Source: a virus. From it: DNA of 64,000 nucleotides. Numbering within the stretch: position 1 is the first letter of the stretch; each line of letters starts with the position of its first letter. Below are positions 10,306 to 20,546 of this stretch, piece after piece. A program made the translations under genes and the position numbers. The notes beneath the pieces are model-generated. The model was given only the letters and a program-made list of their open reading frames with translations, made no database searches and was not told where the DNA came from. The stretch covers positions 1 to 64,000 of IMG/VR virus record IMGVR_UViG_3300009514_000005, one strand, 5' to 3'.

Positions 10306-12166
10306 CTAAACTTCCCTAACACTAAACCCAGTCTTACTCATGGCCTTCTTAAAATGATCGTCTCGCTTCTCTTTATCGGTAGGCTCTCGAGGCTCTTCCG
10401 CCTTCAAGCCCTTTATGACTTGATCATCTATGCCTTCAGCCATTTGCCTGGCCATATCATCCATTAAAATATCCTCGATATTTTTCTTCTTCAGTATCCA
10501 GCATCTTTTCCATGTCCAGGGCTTCCACCAAATTACTTTCCGAAGATCCAAATAATAATCAGCATAATGACTGTCCCTAAAGTCATTAACTAATTCGTTA
10601 GGAATAAGTATTTCATCAACATTTTTAGTCCAGTCACGCATCTTTAACTCCAGAGAATCCAACATGCTTCTTCATATCAACGTCCACAAAGCATTGTACA
10701 TAGTTCTGCACGTTACCTTCATTGATGGGCTTTAGTTGAACATAAGGATCCTTAAACGCACCACGAACATTCACATGCTCTTTCTTTGGATCGAATTCAA
10801 TCACCACAGTTATGACATCAGGCAAGGCTTTAGACATCTACAATCTCCTGCTTTAATTGAAGCACCATTTTGTCTAGCGACTCCAGGGCTTCTCGCTTTG
10901 CGCTTATGCCAAAGTTTTCTTTTAGGTTTTTTACTGGCCAAACAAATGCTTTAGAGAACATCGCCCAATGATATTCAATCCAATTATCAGTATATTTACT
11001 CATGATCACCCCAGTCTCTTTTTGGTATCGCCCTGGGTTTTATCTGAACCCCTTTGAAATAAGAAAGCATTTCACTTGCTCCCGACTTAGGTGACTTAAC
11101 TTCGACCTGTTCCATATCAATCATGAATGCATTACCTATATCTTTAATTTGTTTATCGAAAGCCACCTGAAACTCTCGGCCCTCAAACCTTTCGGGAAGT
11201 AAAATTATGATTGGTTCTTTACTCACAACTCAAACACCTATTCAATTTCGATTACCAAACGACCCATATCACCATCTTTGTACTCATTCTTGATCCCAAC
11301 TATCTTTTTACCAATTAATAATTTTAGATCTACAATATTTTTTTTGTTCCAATGCTTTGCTTTTTTTATGTATTCAGATTCAAAAACAAATTGAGTTGCA
11401 TCAAAATCCGGATGACAATCAGTGTCTATTATCACCTTCACAACTCAAACACCTGCCCCACATCATTGTTTTCAACAATTATTCCGTAATCACCCTCCAA
11501 GCTTCACCCCTTTGTATTCAACACCAGGAACACCTTCGATACCGTAGATCTTTATGTAGCACTCAGCATGTTCCAATGGTTTCTCGTCACAATAAAGATC
11601 GTGGCACATAGAACAAGCAGCACCGACATCCTTGGTCTTACCCCTGTTACTCTTTATTTCTTTTTCCATCATGTTCATTAAGTTATTTATCTTCAGGCTC
11701 ATCACCTTCCCTTTGTTTGATATCCAATGTCAGACTAACGATGTCACCAGGATTAAAATAAAGATCAGAGCTTTCAATATAATTTGGATTACTTAATAAC
11801 TTATTTAAAACTTTAAACAAGCTCCTTGGGTCATCACCCTCTATCTTCCAGTCTTTAAATATATGGTACTTCATTTGTCCCTCTGTCTTCTCTTTAGCCG
11901 TTGGAATATCTTTGCCATTATTGGTTACTGACATTTTATTTCCTTTTGTTTTTCTTGCTATCGAGTTGCTTGAAAACACTTGGCAGTAATCGGAACCGAA
12001 GAGAACCCAAACTGACTCTTTCAATCTTATCTAGGCGCTGACATATGATTTGGGTTTGCTTTAAAACATCATCCCAATCGTCAGCGAAAACTAAATCAGT
12101 TCTCTCTTCACCATTGTCAGTAAATTTTCCAGTGATTTTAAAAAGACTGGCTTCGATCCATCTCAT
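10306..12166 (-). other. block of small hypothetical CDS (10306..10665, 10634..10837, 10996..11226, 11238..11441, 11490..11705, 11683..12024, 11936..12166)
   Basis: Co-oriented packing; no family recognised. Confidence 0.6.
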
Positions 12167-12219
12167 ACAACTCCCTCAACAAATAACCATTCCCTTATGA
12201 GATACAAAATGTAAAGTGA

Positions 12220-13359
12220 TTATCCTGGCCTTCTTCTTTGGGCCGCAGGTATCGACTGGCCAGCCTTGGGGTTAGGGAGAATCATAGAGGATGGATTAGT
12301 CGTGGGCCGCTGGGCGAGAACTGGGGCATTTTTTTCGCTACCTGGCGGCTCTGGTTCTTGATCTTCTTTTGGAATCACAGGAGGTTGCACTGGCTGCTCC
12401 ACTGGGTCCTCCGCTACCACGTCCTTCATCAGGTTAACCCCTTCAGGAATATCATCCAATGTTGGACCGGGCTCCACTTGATTGGACGGAGACATATTCA
12501 AATCAGGCGGCCTTTTTTTATTGTCTAGATGCGGTGAATAACTCTCGAGAACATTTTCAACTGTCTTCATGATTCTCATCCTAGAGGCAGGATCCTCCAT
12601 CATTTTATTAATTCCTTTCCTTTGGTAAAGCGTATCGAAATCATAGCCATGGTTTATTGGAGCAGAGGTGGCCTGATCTAACTGAGATTGAGTAAGCCCC
12701 TCGGCCTCTTTTATTTCCAGCAAAACTTTTAAATACTCCAAGGCAATCTTGAATTCCTTATTAGTTCCATTCAGTAAAAACTTAAGTTCCTTCTCTCGAT
12801 CCCATCCAATGTTCACTCTTTGCTTTTGGAGAAAGAAAAGATCCACACACTCCTGGAAGATATCTATCGATCGATTCATCTTAGTTTGCTGAGTGACAAG
12901 CCGTTTGATCGGAACCTGTTTGGCCATCAACATGCTTCTTGGGACCGTTGCCTTGAAGTGCTCCACCCAAGCTCGAATCGTTGCGACTTCCTGATCCATA
13001 TATTCATTGAGCTGTTGGATCTGACGAGCAACCTCTATCGATGGCAGCCCCATGAGGATCAACTCGTAAACAGCCGAGAAGTTCTTCAGCTTCTTAATCT
13101 TCTCAACCTTGTGACTCTTCACCCATGAGGGCCACGGAGTAAACATTTGATTAGGAGGAGCGATACACTCTATAGTGGCCCCAAGACTAAGACCAGCCGA
13201 GTAAGCCATAGCCTTAGGACCTTTGTCTTTAATGAACAACCCTAGACCAATCCCCCTTAAACTTGATGTTTTGATCTTGGTATCAACAGGCGACCCCTGG
13301 GCCTTATCAACAGTATTCATGGAACAACCTATGCTTAAAAATGGAACCTTTAGTTCCAA
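12220..13359 (-). CDS. hypothetical protein: HTH-like segment, coiled-coil, Pro-rich tail (start may be 13320 or further in)
   Basis: 379-aa ORF; LILMGLPSIEVARQIQ HTH-like helix pair; disordered Pro/Glu C-terminus. Confidence 0.55.
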   Translation of the reverse strand: MELKVPFLSIGCSMNTVDKAQGSPVDTKIKTSSLRGIGLGLFIKDKGPKAMAYSAGLSLGATIECIAPPNQMFTPWPSWVKSHKVEKIKKLKNFSAVYELILMGLPSIEVARQIQQLNEYMDQEVATIRAWVEHFKATVPRSMLMAKQVPIKRLVTQQTKMNRSIDIFQECVDLFFLQKQRVNIGWDREKELKFLLNGTNKEFKIALEYLKVLLEIKEAEGLTQSQLDQATSAPINHGYDFDTLYQRKGINKMMEDPASRMRIMKTVENVLESYSPHLDNKKRPPDLNMSPSNQVEPGPTLDDIPEGVNLMKDVVAEDPVEQPVQPPVIPKEDQEPEPPGSEKNAPVLAQRPTTNPSSMILPNPKAGQSIPAAQRRRPG

Positions 13360-13463
13360 GTCTGACAGAACTCATATCCTAAGACAATCCTATTCATTCA
13401 GAATGTCCAGCTAATTGCTTTACAAATTTAATATGGCATTGCGTTAGAATAATGAAGTTGGGC

Positions 13464-13582
13464 GAGTGCAGCTGCCTCCGGATTAATCTGGAAGCATACC
13501 TAGTTACTCAAGTTAAGGTTTAAGAAAAGCCCAGAGGCTCTACCGTGGGTTTAGTTATTGGGGGATTGGTAAACTCATCCTC
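13464..13582. other. multi-hairpin intergenic region (terminator and/or structured leader or sRNA)
   Basis: Minus strand: GGAGGAT/ATCCCC hairpin, AAACCCA/TGGGCTT hairpin followed by T-run, TGCTTCCAGA/TCCGGAGGCA hairpin enclosed by GAGT/ACTC. Confidence 0.45.
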
Positions 13583-14011
13583 CGGAACTATGGAAATAAG
13601 GACAGGGCCTTGGTTCTTAATCCGTTTTTAAACACCACCCATCTTCATCATTCCATATGGCCTCAAATTGTTTCTTGCAGTGGTCACATTTGAATTTAAG
13701 AGACCCAGATTCATCCTGAAATATCTCCTCAATGTCATACCAATTATCACAAGTCCAAAACGTTTTACCACAGAGAGGGCAGTCCACTGCTAATTGACCC
13801 ATTGTGCAATTCGGGTGATCACAGTGTGGAACCATGGTTATATCAATCTCAATCATTTCGCCCAAGGTCTTCGATTGGATGTAGCCTTTCTAGGTCAATA
13901 CACCCATCCCCCTTTTTGTGTTCCTCAATGATTTTGTTTATCAGGTTTATTTTTTCTGCCTGAGTCATTTTTTGCACTCCATCCTGGCCCCCAACTTTTA
14001 ATCATGTGGGT

Positions 14012-14221
14012 TTAGTCGCTGGGGGATCGGTAAACCTTTACCTGGAGATTCTCCAGAGCCCCTCTTGGTTTGATCCCTACATTCACATCTAAAGAATCGG
14101 GGCCCTCAACAATGCTATCAACCTTAAAGTCCTCGATCAGCTTAGATTTCTTTAACGCACGTAGACCACTGGTAAACCTTATCCCCTTAACAAGACCCCA
14201 GATTGTTTTATAGATTTCCAT
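14012..14221 (-). CDS. 69-aa protein resembling the C-terminal domain of tail sheath proteins
   Basis: LIEDFKVDSIVEGPDSLDVNVGIKPRGALENLQVKV matches the I.dF.V....D.l.V.v.ikP...e.i.v pattern of sheath C-termini. Confidence 0.35.
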   Translation of the reverse strand: MEIYKTIWGLVKGIRFTSGLRALKKSKLIEDFKVDSIVEGPDSLDVNVGIKPRGALENLQVKVYRSPSD

Positions 14222-14625
14222 AATTACGAAATCATCTCATCCATATTGATCTCAACTTTAATGGAAGGGCCATATTCTCTTATCAGACTATTAAAAAGCT
14301 TGAGTAGATCCTCCTCGGAAACTTCTTGGGTGACAGTGGGGTTTCCTAGGCCGGAGAACTCTATTACTACGCAGTAAGGAAGCCTGGCCCCCTCTACATT
14401 TTTATGGACCTCGATTAGTTTATTCATTATTACAGCTCACCTATGTAAACGATACTCTTGTCAGCCCACAGCTCACAATTGTTTCCGTAGCTGGCCACAA
14501 AAAAATCGTCTATCTGAATGGAAGGCTTGCCCCTTGGGTTCTCGATTAGATAGGTCTGGTTATTTTCGGGGGAATAGTAAATCCCCTCCTTAGTGAGTGG
14601 TCTTTTGTTTTTCTTGATATTCATT

Positions 14626-14904
14626 TCACTCCACAGGCTCATAGGTTTTCTCGAAAATATCTGGCTTACAGGGATAGAATTCCCCACGGACTCCCTTGAT
14701 GATCCAGTCACCAACTAAGGCCAGCATATCTCCCTCGAGGGTTTTGATTGTGATTGCGTCATTATTAAAGCTGTCTTTAGCGATTGCCCTCATACCTTCT
14801 TTAACAAACTCACAGATTTCGAAGAAATTGTTTCCTTCGTTGGTATAACGCATGGCCTCTTTTATTACTGGCTTGGTTCTAAACTTTGGCATCGAATCCC
14901 TCAA
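14626..14904 (-). CDS. widely conserved phage hypothetical protein (KPDIF-type)
   Basis: KFRTKPVIKEA...IKTLEG...GDWIIKG..GEFYPCKPDIFEKTYE signature. Confidence 0.75.
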   Translation of the reverse strand: MRDSMPKFRTKPVIKEAMRYTNEGNNFFEICEFVKEGMRAIAKDSFNNDAITIKTLEGDMLALVGDWIIKGVRGEFYPCKPDIFEKTYEPVE

Positions 14905-15843
14905 ATAGTTTTACCTTATGGTTTGCCTCTTCACAGATCCAATCATCATGCTCGGTCCAATATCTGTAACAGGGATCTCCTCCGATCTGTATCTCAATAG
15001 TATGGATGGTTCCAATCAGGGCCCCCTCTTTTCTGCTGTCCCTGGGAAGATCAGTTCCCTCGTCTCGGTCAAAAACAATCTGGTCCCCTACTTTGAACTT
15101 GATTTTTTCCATTACCTTTTCAAAAGCTTTTCTATTTTCTTCAATCAATTGGCCCCCAAAATTTTGACTTTCCACAAAATCATTTATTGTTCATCTGCCT
15201 CAATGATGACAGCCCCCTCTTGTATGTATGGCTCAAAATGTACTGGCCCCTTCTTATTACAATTATACCCACCGTAGTCCCCGCCATGGAAATCCACCCT
15301 CGCCCAAACAGGGAGGTCACCATGCTTCTCCTTAAGAGAGTTTAAGTGCTCAACTAATTGAGATATTTTCCAAGTATCCATCAACTTCCCACCATGTTCC
15401 CAGCAGGTTCCCGGTGGGTTCCCGCTTCTTTCCACCGCATTCCAACGCTTTCCACCGGACTCCCGCCTCTTATCACTCCAATTGATTGGAGGCAATCTTC
15501 TCTTTACAATTTGTTTATTCATTCAGGCTTATACATATAATTTAACAAAAAGGCCCCAAAACTTGAAAAATATATGTATAAATTAAATACCTTAATGATT
15601 TCAAGTATTAGGGGTTTTTCTCCAATCCATCCTATACATACCTCAAGGCAGAACTAGGAAGTAATTATGAAGATGTTTGAATAAATATACCTGGGGAACC
15701 GTAGATATACATGGCTTTGCAGGGAAAATATTAACCAATTGGCCCCCTAAGAGGGAAAATGTTAACAATATTTGGCGGGCATTGAATGTTTTGTGATCAA
15801 TAAATAACAAAAAGTTTTTGTAGACTATTGATAACAAGAATTC

Positions 15844-15875
15844 CGTCTTGCTAACAAAATTTTGTTAGTATGACG
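15844..15875. repeat. inverted repeat with perfect 18-bp core CTAACAAAATTTTGTTAG (15851..15868)
   Basis: Self-complementary core with outer CGTC/GACG arms, intergenic. Confidence 0.7.
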
Positions 15876-15902
15876 AAGTTATAATAAGTTTACCCTAGTT
15901 TA

Positions 15903-16484
15903 TCAGGCGAGAGATCCGTCCCTTAGGAATCCATGGTAGTCCCCAACCATAATTGATCCGGCCCCGGCAGAGCAAGTGTTCCCATTTTTGGTCACATTCA
16001 CATTCGGTACAGCACCCTCCCGCACCCAGCAGTAGTGTTCCTTGTCGTCCGGTAGCGTACAGTTGCTTGCCCTGGAGTCCACGTTCCACCAACCCCCAGG
16101 AGTTTTCACGTAAAGGGTATGGCCGTCTGGCCCCTCCCGATGATACTTCCAATCGTTGTAATACATGGCCCCGGCTGGTGCATCCTCGAGAGTCAACAGG
16201 GATCCATCATCCCGCCTCTTAAAAACCTTGGAGTGAAAGATCTGCCACTTATCATCATCTTTAAATTCGTAGCCACACTCGCAAGCCTTGGGCCACTTAG
16301 GATCCTCTAAATACTTATGGTATTCAGGATGATTACTCGGATCAGCGCAAAGGGTTTTTCCCCGCACAGTCTCTATAAGATTCTTGGCGTTATGATAATG
16401 ACCACCCTTGCCATCGCTACTCGCATATCGCCTAAGGTATCTGTAATGATCTTCAGTTGTGTCCAGGAAAAAGCATTTTGTCAT
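15903..16484 (-). CDS. Cys/His-rich protein with C-terminal DUF6527-like domain; likely leaderless start at 16484
   Basis: C-terminus HYCWVREG...CSAGAGSIMVGDYHGFLRDG; TATAAT at 16496..16491 lies 6 nt before ATG 16484. Confidence 0.55.
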   Translation of the reverse strand: MTKCFFLDTTEDHYRYLRRYASSDGKGGHYHNAKNLIETVRGKTLCADPSNHPEYHKYLEDPKWPKACECGYEFKDDDKWQIFHSKVFKRRDDGSLLTLEDAPAGAMYYNDWKYHREGPDGHTLYVKTPGGWWNVDSRASNCTLPDDKEHYCWVREGAVPNVNVTKNGNTCSAGAGSIMVGDYHGFLRDGSLA

Positions 16485-16522
16485 CCACAAATTATATAGC
16501 GTCTCACCCATTATTCACAAAT

Positions 16523-16550
16523 AAAAAAGGGCCCCAGGAGGAGGGGCCCC
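16523..16550 (-). terminator. intrinsic terminator
   Basis: GGGGCCCC-TCCTCCT-GGGGCCC followed by T6. Confidence 0.8.
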
Positions 16551-16660
16551 GACACCAGCAAAGGAGGAAGCATTTCATCAATCGGGTTCCTTTAAATGCG
16601 TGGTCTCACTTATATAAGGGGGAAAAAGTGTGATTTGTTGCATTTTTTCGCACGAAAAAG

Positions 16661-16710
16661 TGATTACGCAAAAGTGTGTAACACCAAGATGATTACGCAA
16701 AAGTGTGTAA
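16661..16710. repeat. two identical 21-bp direct repeats TGATTACGCAAAAGTGTGTAA
   Basis: Copies at 16661..16681 and 16690..16710, intergenic. Confidence 0.85.
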
Positions 16711-16744
16711 GATTTTGAATTTATTACTCAAAGCTGAGTAAAAG

Positions 16745-19240
16745 CTAACGCCTCTTCTTTTTTTTGTTTTTCTTTTTTTGCTTCCTGGATTCCTTGCTCG
16801 ATTTCTTTTTAGACTTGGAAGTTCTTTTGGTGAGACCCTTTATGTAGCTGTTTCGTAATTGAGTGAGAGCATCCTGGGTTTCTTCATCCGACCATTTTTC
16901 TGATCTAGCATACTGCGTAATGAGAGCTTCTTCCATCATGTGATGAAATCCAATACTCATCATTTCACTTCTGGCAGCCTCAGCTTTTTTGGACGCTCTT
17001 CTTTGAGCAGAAGCCCCGGAGCACAATGGCTTTTGTTTTACAGGGTTTCCTTGAGGCCCACCAGCAGGGCCTTTCTTTTGGCTGTTACTCATTCAAAAAT
17101 TGTAAACCAGCGTCCAATTAATTGGAAACCTATCGACTACTTTTTCTTACGATGACAATCGTTACATATATCCATATCAATTTCCAACCAACTTAATTTT
17201 CGACCACAAGATGAACAATCTTCCTGGCACATCTCACAAACTCTAGGATGCCCTGGGGAATCAAGCAATTTGCCCCCATTCTCTGGGATAAGGTCTTCCA
17301 TTAATCCACAGCAAACACCACAAAACAAACCTTCCTGAACTCCTTCTGACATATCTCCCATATTCATTTCCCCTTATTGTTTCAGCCTCCCGCTATTATT
17401 AATCGACCATCCATTCGCTGGCGACATCTTCCACTGATTCATATTTCCTTGGGTCGAGAATACATGCCTCTCCCTTCCGGATAAAAACCGTCACATTCCC
17501 CATGAAATCTCTAACCAAATAACCAAACTGAAGAGACTGGCCATCAGGGCCCCTTTTAACGCTTTTAACGCAAGCCTTCTCTGGACACTTGTCATCAAAA
17601 AACTTGGTGAAAAATTCTATATCTATTTTATGTGGAACAAACTTCTTACCCATGATTTAAACCTTAATCCCGTTAAACTCTTTCTCAAATTGTTCATCTC
17701 GCTTACGCATCATGAACCCTATTTTCATTGTAATAGTTTGTTCACCATGCTTTTGCTTGAGATAATCATAGCAAGTCAAACAAAGACTTATGGGTTTCCG
17801 ATAGTTAGAAACAATCCCCAACTTAGAACAAGGTCGAACCTCAACGAATTTTTTAATCTGCGAACATGATAAACAAATACCTTTCATTTGTATTCAACCC
17901 TCGGACAAATCCTGTTCTTCACGGAAATGAAATAGTAAAGCACCAGCTCAACAAAAGATTTCTCATGCTTGTCCTGATCCCCACACTCAATATCAGCTCT
18001 GGCTACAGCGTACCTATGAGTTAAACGATCCTTCACATCACAACCAAAACAATAAAGGAAAGCAGCCGCTATGAAACACCAAGCAAATATCCCTATCCCA
18101 AACAACACGTTAATCTCTAGAAGCCCATACATAATCCAGGCCGCGAAATACATGATTGGTGCAATACCCAAACAGTAAATTAAAAAAGGAACCACTATGA
18201 AAAAAATAAAAGAAAAGAAAAGTAGCTTTCCCCAAAAGGTCCAGAAGTAAGTACAAAGACTCTTGGGCATATCACTATCCCAACCAGGACTCCCAAGTTT
18301 TTCTCCACACCAATACATCAACCTGTAATGCCAACTATTCTTTTTTATTGTTATCATTTGCCCTCCACAAATAACGAGTGATCACCAAACAACCCTTCAG
18401 TTACTCCATGCTTTTTCAAGGTTTCTAAAAACTTCCCCCCATGAAATTTAATCTCCAAATGAGACCGAGACCATATCCCGATAAGATCCAATTTAGTAAT
18501 CTTCGACCCTGGCCGATTAACAGAAGAACTCACTGAAAGATTCTCAGGTAAAAGCTCAATGTTATCTATTATTTCATGCAAGGCTTGTTTCATTTTCTTT
18601 TCAACGCCAGGCTGGAAATATTTGTGCATCATTCACCCCTCTCTGCTTAGCCATCTTTACTTAAACCCTTTGCGTATTTATCATACGACTTCCAACTTAG
18701 TTTAACCGTGGCCCCAGACATTGGACAAAAACTAGGAATCAAATGGTTGTCTGGATAATAATAATACTTCTTAATGTTCATATGATTTTTTTTGCACCGA
18801 GCATCCCTTGTTCCCTGGCCATAAGTAAAAGGCTCAGAGTAAGGACAGTTAGTGCAATCCGTTACCAACATTCTTATTCCTCGTAACCTAAAAAAATTCT
18901 GATTGCTTTTGTGGTTGGGCTCTTCTCATCCCATTCTTCAGCGGCCCACTCTAGATAATGATTTGGAACATCTTCGATGGTCTCCCCAGCATATTTTCCA
19001 AAGGGGACCTTTAACTTACCGGCTTCCTCTTTCGTCATTTTCAACCTCTTCAACGATTACTCTAAACAACCTGGGCTTGGTTTTGGCCCCGATGATCCCT
19101 TCTTCTTTGTCATACTTAATAGTTTTCTTCATCTCATTAATAGACTTATGGAGAGAGGAAGGCTCAACATTATAATGCATCAACGTATGATTAAGAGACT
19201 CATTTCTAATTTGATACCCATAACCGAGAACCTTTCTCAT
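16745..19240 (-). other. block of hypothetical CDS (16745..17092 basic, 17137..17367 Cys-rich, 17399..17653, 17657..17887, 17884..18357 membrane, 18354..18632, 18647..18871, 19016..19240)
   Basis: Co-oriented packing; 17884..18357 has two long hydrophobic segments. Confidence 0.6.
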
Positions 19241-19242
19241 TG

Positions 19243-19452
19243 CTACCCCATTTTTTTAATACTGACATAGGTTGCCCTTCGGCCAGTATCAGTATCATTG
19301 GCCTCGAAATCTACCTCTTGGCCCTCGCTCAAAGATGCAAAACCTTCCATATCGATAACCGTGTGATGCACCATGACATCCATTTTTTTATTGTCTAGGA
19401 TAAACCCGTAACCCTTTTTATTGTTGAACCATTTAACTCTTCCTTGTTCCAT
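19243..19452 (-). CDS. csp: cold-shock domain protein
   Basis: MEQGRVKWFNNKKGYGFI (RNP1), DVMVHHTVI (RNP2 variant), SLSEGQEVDFE. Confidence 0.9.
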   Translation of the reverse strand: MEQGRVKWFNNKKGYGFILDNKKMDVMVHHTVIDMEGFASLSEGQEVDFEANDTDTGRRATYVSIKKMG

Positions 19453-20276
19453 GTGTATCCTCGTGGTTATCCTTAATCTTTTTATCAAAACCAAACATTC
19501 TCCTGGCGTCCATGACTGCTAGGAATTCACTGAAATTATGCCACTCATGGCGCTTGTTTAGCCACCAATTAAAAACATCCTCCTCAGTTGTTTCTCTCTC
19601 AGGATCCTTCATTCCGCATTCATACCCCTTTTCGAAGCCATGATAAGCCGCAGGTTCCATGTAATCTCCATTGGCCCACCGCTTATAAGTTTCCTCGATC
19701 CGAGCCTTAAGATAAACATTTGACTTCCCCGTATTTAAACTCACAGTTCGAATATAGAAATGTAACATGCGTTGGCCCTCCCCAGTATAATTCGGGTTAG
19801 CATGAAGATACTCAGCTTGAACCTCTCTTTTTAATTCGTTAGCCTCATCCCAACTGCCAATGGAAACAGCCATGGGAGCATCGTTCAAGCAAATCACATA
19901 AGCCTTATCCATCGATCACCTCTTGAATTACATTTAAAGCAAAGCCATCTTCCAGATAAACATTGCGACGACCCTTTTTTTCCTCAAGGGACCACATCCC
20001 AAATCGAGATAAAATATCATTAACCATCTCCGGAACCGGAGGCTCCTTACCTTTTTTTGAAATAGAAAGATGATGGCACCAAAGAGAATCTGGATGAAGC
20101 TCCATAGAATAAACAATCTTCATGTTTCCATTTACCATCACATGATTTGGATCTTCACCAACAGGAACAAGATCTTCAGGAATTCCATTTCTAAGATCTA
20201 TAGGATTAGCTAGAGCATGAGTTTTTAATCTCATTATCTCTCGCTTTATTACTGCTGAATCAAAAATGAATTGCAT
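19433..20276 (-). other. two hypothetical CDS (19433..19912, 19905..20276)
   Basis: Overlapping co-oriented ORFs; second has an HHLSIS motif. Confidence 0.6.
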
Positions 20277-20546
20277 TTTTTATCCGCCATTAGATAGGAG
20301 GGGGACGCTTTGCAGCAAGAGGTTTGGTTACTTCTTTCCCTGGCAAAACCACCCTCTTCCACCTACCATCGTAACAGTTATAAACCCACAACCTTCCTTC
20401 ATCATCCATGATAGCTGTTTTGTTATCCATGGTTTCCATCTTCACAATTTTAATTGGCACCTGCATTTAGTCACTCCAATCAACTGGACCCAGGGACACC
20501 ATTCTTTACCGTCACTGTATCTGAATGGCTTCTTGCAAAATAAGAT

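Larger units (their letters stand above)
13617..15522 (-). other. block of small hypothetical CDS (13617..13865 CxxC, 14224..14427, 14430..14714, 14879..15175, 15184..15522)
   Basis: Co-oriented packing. Confidence 0.6.

Noticed and set aside
12220-13359. Terminase small subunit assignment
   Set aside because: The HTH plus coiled-coil layout is compatible, but no large terminase is adjacent and I recognise no diagnostic motif.
16661-16710. Possible mini CRISPR array, given the Cas4-like gene
   Set aside because: Only two repeats with an 8-bp spacer, no palindromic repeat, and no cas operon.
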